Source of the DNA: an uncultured Thermoprotei archaeon
Lineage (GTDB): Archaea; Thermoproteota; Thermoprotei; Thermofilales; B15-G2
Direction of reading: 5' to 3'
Length of the DNA: 64,000 nt
Assembly: GCA_965367815.1 (NCBI GenBank)
Contig: CBDUKN010000008.1
Location: 1 to 64,000, forward strand
Within the stretch, counting starts at the first letter, position 1. Every line of letters begins with the position of its first letter. Of this stretch, positions 11,093 through 18,995 are shown one piece after another. The notes beneath the pieces were generated by a model. That model saw nothing but the letters and a program-made list of their open reading frames with translations, was not told the DNA's origin and ran no database searches. The position numbers and the translations under genes were made by a program.

Positions 11093-11380
11093 AGGGTTAT
11101 TGGTTTTTCTCTTTGTGGGGTTTCTGGTATTATTTGTTTTGGTAGAGGTATTTAAGGGTTTAGTCAGAGGAGCTTATGGTTAGGTGATGTTGGCTGCGCG
11201 AAGATAACTCAACTTTATTTTCTGCAAGTTTCGGAAATAATATAAGTGAAAACAAATTTAAGTCAAGGAACCTAGTTTTACTTACCGTATTTATTTATGG
11301 TTTTTGTGAGTATTTTTGCTAATGAGGACTATTTGATATGGGGTGTGTGATGTGGCTGTTTCATAGGGTGTTCGAGTTTT
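11093..11380 (-). promoter_or_regulatory. CRISPR leader
   Basis: AT-rich non-coding tract between the array and the csa3 stop, with CTTAAATA TATA-like box on the minus strand about 55-60 nt from the first repeat. Confidence 0.7.
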
Positions 11381-11386
11381 CTTCGC

Positions 11387-12034
11387 TCAGAGTAGTAGTT
11401 TTGCTTCTGGTGCTATGTGTATTTTTCTTGTTTTCTTGTAGTCTGGGTTTACTAGTTGGAGGTCTTGGAGGTACATTATGTGGCGGTATATTGTTGATGT
11501 GTCTTTGTTTAGTATGTCTGAGATTTGTTTTGCTGTTAGTGGCTGGTTTTCTATTAGTTGTAGTATTTCTTTTTTCTCTTTTGTTAATTGTACTGGTTTT
11601 ATTACTTTTGTTATGTCTGGTAGCTGTATGTAGCCTTCTAGGTTTTCTAGGTCTACTATTATTTGTTTTTGTTTTTCTTTGAGTGTTTCTTGTGAGAGTA
11701 TTATTGCTGTGTATGTTGCTAGTATTAGTGCTCTCATTCCTCCGCTTAGTATGAATTTTACTTGTTTTGCTTGTTGGGTGTGGTTTGCTATTATTTGTTT
11801 TATTTGTTTTACTGCTTGTGTGAAGTCTTCTAGTTTTATTGGGTATAGTGTTGTCTGTATTGGTGTGCTTTTTAGTAGGAATAGGTCTATGCTTCTTTTT
11901 GCTTCCTGTACTTTGGGGTTGAGTGGGTGTGCTGTTAGGAGTATTATTTGGTCTTTTTCTGTTAGTGGGAGTTTTGTGAGCCATCTCAGTATGAATTTTT
12001 CGTCGAATCCTAGTGTGAAGAAGAGTGTCTGCAT
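11387..12034 (-). CDS. csa3: Csa3 CARF-HTH transcriptional regulator
   Basis: TLGFDEKF and LSGGMRAL CARF motifs plus C-terminal wHTH; divergent from the adaptation genes. Confidence 0.9.
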   Translation of the reverse strand: MQTLFFTLGFDEKFILRWLTKLPLTEKDQIILLTAHPLNPKVQEAKRSIDLFLLKSTPIQTTLYPIKLEDFTQAVKQIKQIIANHTQQAKQVKFILSGGMRALILATYTAIILSQETLKEKQKQIIVDLENLEGYIQLPDITKVIKPVQLTKEKKEILQLIENQPLTAKQISDILNKDTSTIYRHIMYLQDLQLVNPDYKKTRKIHIAPEAKLLL

Positions 12035-12105
12035 GTTTTATACATTTTGAGAGAAAATTTATTGTTTGTGGGAGTCTTTATGCTTAATTAGTTTTACAGT
12101 TTCTT

Positions 12106-13098
12106 TTGGTTTTCTTGTATGATAGCTATTTTATTTTAAGGGTGTTTCGGGTTTGTTTTGTGGTTTTAGGGGAGATTGTTTCGTCTAAGTTTGCTAGGCG
12201 TGTTAGGGTTTTTATGCGTGAGGTTGGGGTTTCTGAGGAGCTTCGTGGGTGGAATTGGGATAGTGGGATTCTTTCTCCTCCTCTTAAGGGTGTTTTGTTG
12301 AGTGTTAGTGATGTTGCTGCGCGGTATTGTCCTACTAGGCGTGATGTTTACTTGAAGTATGTTGAGGGTGTTGTTGTTAAGCCTACTTTGCCTATGGTTG
12401 AGGGGCGTGTTTACCATAATGTTATTTCTGGTGTTGTGTTGGAGGTTAAGAGGAAGCTGTATAGTCTTGGGCTTGTTTCAGGCTATGAGCTTTATGAGAG
12501 TCTTGTGGAGGGTTGTGAGGCTCGTGTGAGGGATATTGTTTTGCATAATGTGCGTGTTTTAGAGGAGGAGCCTAGGAGCGAAGATGTTGAGAGAATGGTT
12601 GTGAGGGGTGTTAGGCTGTGGAAGTTTCTTGCTCTTCAGTTTGCTGCTAGTGTTGACCGCTATGTTTCTGTTCACGGGCACCTTGATGTGGATTCTGTTG
12701 TTGCGGAGGCTGTTCCGCATATTGTTGAGTATAAGGTTGATGGGTCTCCGCTAGGCCTTAGTAAAGAGCTTTCGGTTGATGTTCTTTATCCGGGTTACAC
12801 TGTTGTTGAAGTTAAGACTGGTTCGCGTCAGGATTTTCATAGGCTTTATTTGGCGGGCTATGCGCTTGCTTTTGAGGCTGATAAAGAGATTCCTGTTAAT
12901 ATGGGTGTGTTGATTTATGTTAGGGCTGGTAGGTCTCCTACTCCTTTCTTTAAGGTCGAGGAATATGTTGTGAGTGATGAGCTTAGGAGAGAGTTTATTG
13001 AGGCTCGTGACGAAGTTTTCGAGATTATTGAGAATGAGCGTGACCCTGGTAAGCCTTTGAGGTGTTATCCTTACTGTCCTTACTACAAGTACTGCTAG
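12106..13098 (+). CDS. csa1: Csa1 (Cas4-like, type I-A adaptation); true start probably later
   Basis: SEELRGWNW...YCPTRRDVYL...EVKTG...C-terminal CxxxCPYYxxC. Confidence 0.9.
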   Translation: MVFLYDSYFILRVFRVCFVVLGEIVSSKFARRVRVFMREVGVSEELRGWNWDSGILSPPLKGVLLSVSDVAARYCPTRRDVYLKYVEGVVVKPTLPMVEGRVYHNVISGVVLEVKRKLYSLGLVSGYELYESLVEGCEARVRDIVLHNVRVLEEEPRSEDVERMVVRGVRLWKFLALQFAASVDRYVSVHGHLDVDSVVAEAVPHIVEYKVDGSPLGLSKELSVDVLYPGYTVVEVKTGSRQDFHRLYLAGYALAFEADKEIPVNMGVLIYVRAGRSPTPFFKVEEYVVSDELRREFIEARDEVFEIIENERDPGKPLRCYPYCPYYKYC

Positions 13099-13110
13099 AG
13101 GTGTCTGTGT

Positions 13111-14139
13111 ATGAGGGTGCTTGTTGTCGACTCTTATGGTGTTTTTGTTGGCAAGAAGGGTGACCGTATTGTTGTTAGGAGGAAGAAAGAGAAGATTTGT
13201 GAGGAGCCTGCTGGGAGTATTGATTTGATTAGGCTTAGCTGCAGGGGTGTTTGTGTTTCTCTCGATTTGCTTGAGCTTGCTCTCAAGTATGGTATTGATT
13301 TAATTATTACGGCTAAGAATGGTGTTCCTTTGGCTCTGCTTCTACCGTTTAGGTGTGGTTCGGCTATTAGGACTAGGCGTGAGCAGTACTGGGCTTATCG
13401 TGATGACCGTGGTGCTTTTTTGGTTAAGAAGTTTATTGAGGGTAAGATTAGAAATCAGGCCAATTTCCTTAAGTATATTGTTAGGGCTTATAGGAGTATT
13501 AGACCTGAAGTTAAGGCTTCTCTGCTGGAGGCTTCTGAGAAAATTAGCGGGCTTTTAGAAGATTTGCGGGAGGTGGAGTGCCGTGACTGTGATTATGTGA
13601 GGAGAAATGTTCTTGAGGTTGAGGCTCAGGCTGCTAGTGTTTACTGGGAGGCTTTAGGTAAGGTTGTTCCTCCTGAGCTCGGGTTTACTAAGAGGAAGAA
13701 GAGGAGTGAACATCCTCGTGACGCATTTAATGTGATGCTTAATTATGCCTACAGTGTTTTAGCTACGGAGGTTTGGATTGCTCTTGTTAAGGCTGGGCTT
13801 GATCCTTGGGCTGGTTTTCTTCATAAAGATAATCCTCGTAGACCTGGCCTCGTGTACGATCTTATGGAGGAGTTTCGTGTACCGGTTGTTGATAAGCCTT
13901 TGCTCAGATATGTTTTTGAGAAAAGGGGTCTTGTGTTAGAGTACTTGGGGGAGGACAGTAGGCTTTCTCGGGAGGGTAGGCTTGAGGTTTGTGCTCTTTT
14001 GAATAAGGTGCTTGGTAGTGAGAGGAGGTTTGGTGAGGAGAAGCTTACGTTGAGGTCTATTATTTTGAGGCAGGCTAGGAGGATTGTTAAGTTTCTTCAT
14101 GGTAGGTCTGTGTATAAGCCTTATGTTGAGAGGTGGTAG
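13111..14139 (+). CDS. cas1: Cas1 integrase
   Basis: EAQAASVYW, NVMLNYAY, GFLH, LVYDLMEEFR motifs. Confidence 0.97.
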   Translation: MRVLVVDSYGVFVGKKGDRIVVRRKKEKICEEPAGSIDLIRLSCRGVCVSLDLLELALKYGIDLIITAKNGVPLALLLPFRCGSAIRTRREQYWAYRDDRGAFLVKKFIEGKIRNQANFLKYIVRAYRSIRPEVKASLLEASEKISGLLEDLREVECRDCDYVRRNVLEVEAQAASVYWEALGKVVPPELGFTKRKKRSEHPRDAFNVMLNYAYSVLATEVWIALVKAGLDPWAGFLHKDNPRRPGLVYDLMEEFRVPVVDKPLLRYVFEKRGLVLEYLGEDSRLSREGRLEVCALLNKVLGSERRFGEEKLTLRSIILRQARRIVKFLHGRSVYKPYVERW

Positions 14140-14142
14140 TAT

Positions 14143-14427
14143 TTGAAGACGCTTGTGGTCTACGATATTACTGACGATAATTTGAGGCTGAAGATTGCAG
14201 AGACGTGTAAAAATCATGGGTTGTCGCGTATTCAGAAGAGTGCGTTTATTGGTGAAATTCCTAGTGGTAGGAGGAAAGAGCTTATTGTTGCGCTAGAGAA
14301 GCTTATGAGGCAGAGGGGTCCTCGGGACAAGATTCATGTTTTCGTCTTATGTAGTAGCTGTTATTCATTGACTAGAGTTATTGGCTCTAGTATCAAAGAG
14401 GAGAAAGAAGAGGTGCTTTTTATATGA
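14143..14427 (+). CDS. cas2: Cas2
   Basis: LVVYDITDD...RIQKSAF. Confidence 0.97.
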   Translation: MKTLVVYDITDDNLRLKIAETCKNHGLSRIQKSAFIGEIPSGRRKELIVALEKLMRQRGPRDKIHVFVLCSSCYSLTRVIGSSIKEEKEEVLFI

Positions 14428-15014
14428 GTGAAGAGATTTTTGTTGATGTTAGTGATGTTAAGCAGTATTTTTATTGTCCTCGTATAGTTTACTTCAATAA
14501 GGTTCTTAATTTGAGGGAGAGGCTTACTGAGTCTATGCGTGCTGGTAAGGAATCTCATGAGGAAATTAAGTTTAGGGAAGAGAAGAAAGTGCGGCTTTTG
14601 TCTACGGCTATATTGGCTGAAGAGAAGCTTTTTGGTATTTATGTAGAGTCTAAGAGGCTTAAGTTGAGAGGTGTTATTGATTGTCTGGCTAAGCTTCCTA
14701 CGGGAGAATGGGTTGTTGTAGAGTATAAGGACACCTATAGTACGAGGCTTCAGAGTCACCATTACTATCAGCTTGTTGCATACTCTCTTTTAGCTCAAGA
14801 GTACTTGAAGAGAATTGTTTCAAGAGGATTTCTTTTCTATGCTCTTAGCCGGAAGATATTTGAAGTTGCTGTAACTGATGAAGCTAAACAATATGTTAGG
14901 AATGTTTTAAGGAGAATTTTGAGAATTATTGTCTATGAGGAGCTACCTAAGCCTACTGGTGATAAAGCTAAGTGCAGGAGCTGTGGTTACTACAGATTTT
15001 GCTATAGAACATAG
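14424..15014 (+). CDS. cas4: Cas4
   Basis: YCPR, GVID, VEYK, QLVAY, CRSCGYYRFC. Confidence 0.95.
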   Translation: MSEEIFVDVSDVKQYFYCPRIVYFNKVLNLRERLTESMRAGKESHEEIKFREEKKVRLLSTAILAEEKLFGIYVESKRLKLRGVIDCLAKLPTGEWVVVEYKDTYSTRLQSHHYYQLVAYSLLAQEYLKRIVSRGFLFYALSRKIFEVAVTDEAKQYVRNVLRRILRIIVYEELPKPTGDKAKCRSCGYYRFCYRT

Positions 15015-15193
15015 TTAATTGTATAAATTGCCTCTTATTCTATTAAATTTGTTTTAAAGGTCTTTATTTTTAATTAATATTAGTCTACAGATATTAGTGT
15101 TGACTATAATGCTGTAGCTTCTACAGCCCTATTAATTTCACTACTTATTTTGAGGATGAGCTTGTTGAGAATTTCTCTATTAGCTGTAATTTC

Positions 15194-15397
15194 TCAGGGT
15201 GATTTTAAAAGTATGAGATTAGATCTCTTCATAGGACCATAGAAGCCTATTACTAACGCTGATGCATCAAGATACTCGAAGTGCATTAGAATATACTTAG
15301 TCAACAACTGCTCACTAAGAGTCAATAAAACTATTGCAAAAACCATAATCACAATATCTCGCTTTGAGCTAAACCACTTCCTCAATCTATATAGCAA
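15194..15397 (-). pseudogene. Truncated N-terminus of a probable MFS transporter
   Basis: First hydrophobic helix plus 'FEYLDASALVIGFYG' resembles the MFS helix 1-2 region; it stops after 67 aa next to cas4. Confidence 0.45.
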
Positions 15398-15455
15398 AGA
15401 AATCCCCTCAACACTACTATGACAACAAATAAAGTACTTACATGCATACGTAAAA

Positions 15456-15683
15456 CTACTTGCTAATTACAATAGCCTTCTGTTTAATGTTTATAAAAGG
15501 TCCTTTATCTAAGCCAATCAGGCTCCCGCAACGCGGGCACCTAACTTCATCTCCCTCCTTAACGGTATAGTCCCTAACTATCCGCTTTTTCCAGCAATGC
15601 CAAAGCCTACCTTCACCAACCTTAATGTAAACGAATAAAATTTTCTCACAGTGGGCACACTTAATCTTTAATACACGTGGCAT
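15456..15683 (-). CDS. Small Zn-ribbon protein
   Basis: CAHC...HC...CPRC; 75 aa. Confidence 0.75.
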   Translation of the reverse strand: MPRVLKIKCAHCEKILFVYIKVGEGRLWHCWKKRIVRDYTVKEGDEVRCPRCGSLIGLDKGPFINIKQKAIVISK

Positions 15684-15855
15684 ACAATCATGGAATATTC
15701 CTCAACTTAAAGAAATTTCTAGCAAATTCATACTTTACTCCTCTTGAATCAAACAGACTGTGCTAACACTAAACTTATCTGTAAGCCACTCTCAGATCCC
15801 TCAATTAATGCATCAGAAGAAAAACATAAATTAAAAACTAATAATATCTACGAAC

Positions 15856-15935
15856 CTTTTGATTATTGCGCAACAGTTACGAAAACTTCCGTATGTACTT
15901 TGATGAATACCTTTCAGTTCTTTTTGGTTATTTAC
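15856..15935 (-). CRISPR. Possible orphan repeat-spacer-degenerate repeat unit
   Basis: 15911-15935 reverse complement is GTAAATAACCAAAAAGAACTGAAAG (ends in ACTGAAAG); a partial copy cttttgattattgc at 15856-15869 lies 41 nt away. Confidence 0.4.
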
Positions 15936-16022
15936 TGTTTATTGTTTGATAATGGAAGTATTTGAGTTTTCCAGCTTCGGGTACTTCTATATACTTTAGT
16001 GGTGTAGTAGAGTTGTGGTTTT

Positions 16023-17396
16023 ATGGAGGCTTTGGTAGTTAAGCCCGTAATTACTTTCCGTGAATATGAGAGAAAAGAGAAAAGGAGCTGGAGGCCTTGG
16101 GGAGGAGTGCAGACTCGAGAAGACTTGAGAGAAGAAGTCGGTAGAATTGAGAGAGAGCTGGGTAGCTTAGTGGAGAAAGCAGATTTTCCTCTAAAGATTC
16201 TTCCAGTATCTGTTGTTGAGAAAGAAGAAGATGTTTATAGTGTTGAGAAGGAGGCTGATGTAGCGTTAGTTTATGCTGCTTCAGGGTCTTTAGAGGTTCT
16301 CGAAAAGATTACAGAGCTATTTAATTGGACAATATTTTTTCTACGCCATAAGTCGGGTCCTGTGTACTTGTGGTACGAGGTAATTCACCCGAGGTTTCTT
16401 AGGGCTGGAACAGACTACTTTGTTAGAAAAGATGTTACTGTAGAGGATTTAGTGGTAGATGACTACGGTGAAGTATTGTGGAGGCTGAGAGCTCTTTACG
16501 CCTTAAAGAGAACTGAGAAAACGAAAATAGTTGCAGTAGGAGGTACTTCTGGCTGGGGGCCTCTTGGCCGCCACTTATCTCCTCTTGAAGCTAGGAGAAA
16601 ATGGGGGTTAAATATAGTGGTAGTTACTTACAGTGAGTTAGCTGAGAAAATTAAAGAAGCCAGAAAAGATCATAGAATGCTCGAGGAATCTAAGAGACTT
16701 GCTGAAGAATACTTAAAGACCCCAGGGACTACGCTAAAGACAAGTAAAGACTTCTACGTAAACTCTTTTCTCTTATACTTAGTGTTCAAAAAACTGCTTG
16801 AAGAATATGGAGCAAAAGCAATTACCATTAATGAGTGTATGGCAACAATAATGCCTATTGCGGAAACAACAGCCTGCCTTCCGCTAAGCATACTAAACGA
16901 CGAAGGCTACATAGCTTTCTGTGAATCAGATTTCGTAGTTATTCCTGCAGGAATACTTCTTCACTATATTTCAGGAAAACCCGTCTTCCTAGTAGACCCT
17001 ACTACACCTCACCACGGAGTAGTTACTGTAGCTCACTGCACAGCTCCCCGTAAAATGAATGGAAAAAACTACGAGCCAGCAGACATATTAACACACTTTG
17101 AGTCAGACTACGGAGCAGCCCCTAAAGTCTTCTTCAAGAAAGGACAAATAGTTACTGTAGTAGACCCTGACTTCGAGGACAGAAAATGGATAATATTTAG
17201 AGGCAAAATTATCGAGTCTCCTTCACTAGCAATATGTAGAAGCCAAATAGACTTAGAAATAGAAGGCGACTGGAAACTTCTACTCAAAGAAATGAGAGGA
17301 TTCCATTGGGTACTAGCATATGGAGATTATTTAAAGGAACTAGAATACGCTTTAAGCAAAAAAGGAATAGAAGTAGTCAACATAACTCAAAACTAA
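16023..17396 (+). CDS. L-fucose/L-arabinose isomerase-like protein
   Basis: AITINECM, ACLPLSILND, CESD, AHCTAP, THFES, GFHW motifs. Confidence 0.75.
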   Translation: MEALVVKPVITFREYERKEKRSWRPWGGVQTREDLREEVGRIERELGSLVEKADFPLKILPVSVVEKEEDVYSVEKEADVALVYAASGSLEVLEKITELFNWTIFFLRHKSGPVYLWYEVIHPRFLRAGTDYFVRKDVTVEDLVVDDYGEVLWRLRALYALKRTEKTKIVAVGGTSGWGPLGRHLSPLEARRKWGLNIVVVTYSELAEKIKEARKDHRMLEESKRLAEEYLKTPGTTLKTSKDFYVNSFLLYLVFKKLLEEYGAKAITINECMATIMPIAETTACLPLSILNDEGYIAFCESDFVVIPAGILLHYISGKPVFLVDPTTPHHGVVTVAHCTAPRKMNGKNYEPADILTHFESDYGAAPKVFFKKGQIVTVVDPDFEDRKWIIFRGKIIESPSLAICRSQIDLEIEGDWKLLLKEMRGFHWVLAYGDYLKELEYALSKKGIEVVNITQN

Positions 17397-17460
17397 AACT
17401 CCGGCCTATAAACAAACTTTACCCAATAACACCATCATAGTTCCTATAAACAAAAAACAT

Positions 17461-17796
17461 TTAAGTGAAACAAGCAAAAACAAAAATAAATAATATTAAT
17501 GCTTTATATTTACCAAATATTTCTTCTATATATTTTATAGTATTAGATAAAATTAATAATTTATCTTCGCTTGTAACACCTTTAATAATAATCATTTTTG
17601 CTAATACTCTACGTAACTCTACTTCAGCTATTAGACTGGGAATTAATATCTTGTGTTTTCCGCGATAAAATAAGTTTCTTGCTATGCATTCTTTGATCTT
17701 CTCCTTAGAATTTATTTGCTGAAAATACTTGGTATTTACGAAAACGTAGACAAGTAAACTTGTATCTAAGACTAGAGATGTATACAAAGTATACAC
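17461..17796 (-). pseudogene. Truncated PIN-domain protein
   Basis: LVLDTSLLV...IPSLIAEVEL PIN N-terminal motifs; C-terminal catalytic half missing. Confidence 0.55.
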
Positions 17797-17798
17797 CG

Positions 17799-18510
17799 CT
17801 AATCCTCTTCTTCGGTTAGGGCTTCAAGGAAGCCCCATGATACTAGTAGTTCTCCGCTTACTAGGCTTTCTACTTCATAGTCGTATGACAGTTGTAGGAC
17901 TATGCTCCAGTGTTCGGGGTTTTCCCATACTTTTCCGATTAATTGTTCGCGTAGGGGTAGTATGTCCCTGACTCCGTAGGCTACTAGAGCATGTGCTGAA
18001 GTATAGTCTTTTGTTTTTAGGAATCTGGCTAAGGCTGCTAATATGAGAAGAGGAGCTGCCTTTATTTTACTTTTGTAGGCTAGCTTGTAGGCGTATAAAA
18101 GTACGTTTAAGTGATAGATGTCTCTGCGTCCTCATAGCTAAGTAGAGTATGTGCATTGCTTTTAGTGTAATGTCAATTTTTTCTTCGAAGTCTTTAGCAG
18201 ATAACTTTAGGCTTTTCTTAAGTTCTTTCAAGAAGTCTCCTGGAAATTCATCTAAAATTGCTTTAGCTCTCTTATAGAAGATATCACTGATTTTCTCGAG
18301 AGCAATAATCGTGTTTTTTAGATCAATGTTCTGTCCCCCTATTTCTAGCGCGTATCTAACAGCATCTTTTACTTCATTTATTAAATCTACTAAAAGCCTA
18401 TTAATTCTTTTTTCTAGATTCCTATAAAGTATATCTATTCTCTCTTCTAGCTCATTAAACCTGCCAGAATACTTGTTAACTAGTTTAACGGCACTTAATA
18501 TAGTACTCAC
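17799..18510 (-). pseudogene. Frameshifted hypothetical gene upstream of the PIN gene
   Basis: ORF 18067-18510 continues in another frame from about 18130 (GRRDIYHLNVLLYAYKL...GFLEALTEEED*) to a stop at 17799, 2 nt before the PIN start. Confidence 0.65.
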
Positions 18511-18736
18511 CTATGGTAGCGCTGGACTACGCTAGTATATTGTGATAGTATAAACGTATATATTTTTCCAATATGTATCTGCGGAGAAAATAAGTGTCCT
18601 ATTGTCTCTCAGACTTTATCTATTTAGCGTCTTTAAGTGAGTACTAAGAAGAAGCTTAACTGTATTTCCTTGTAGGGTCTTCAGTGTTCGTTTAAGTAGT
18701 GGTTTAAGTATTTAAGGTAGTTTTATGTAGTTAATT

Positions 18737-18788
18737 GTGTGATGAGTGGCCTCCTCCCTGATTAGTGATGTGGCTCGTTTTGCTGAGT
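18737..18788 (+). ncRNA. C/D box sRNA
   Basis: GTGATGA (C, 18739) - GTGGCCTCCTCC - CTGA (D', 18758) - GTGATGT (C') - GGCTCGTTTTG - CTGA (D, 18783); canonical 11-12-nt guides. Confidence 0.7.
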
Positions 18789-18995
18789 ATTTTGTTGAGT
18801 AGTCTGTTTCTGTGGTTTGTGTTATGTGAAGAGAGTCCATGCTGAGTGATGTTGTTCTGTTTGTTTCCGGGTACTTTGGGAAATGTTGCTAGAAGTGTTG
18901 TAGTGAAGACTATTGTTCAGTTTTGGTGCTGGAGGTAGTTTAATATAGTTGAGTTCTGATTGCGCTGAAGAAGAGCTGGGAGCAGAGGGTGAGGG

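Noticed and set aside
11338-12050. ORFs 11338-11682, 11361-11984 and 11679-12050
   Set aside because: Low-complexity shadow frames of csa3 produced by the extreme strand skew
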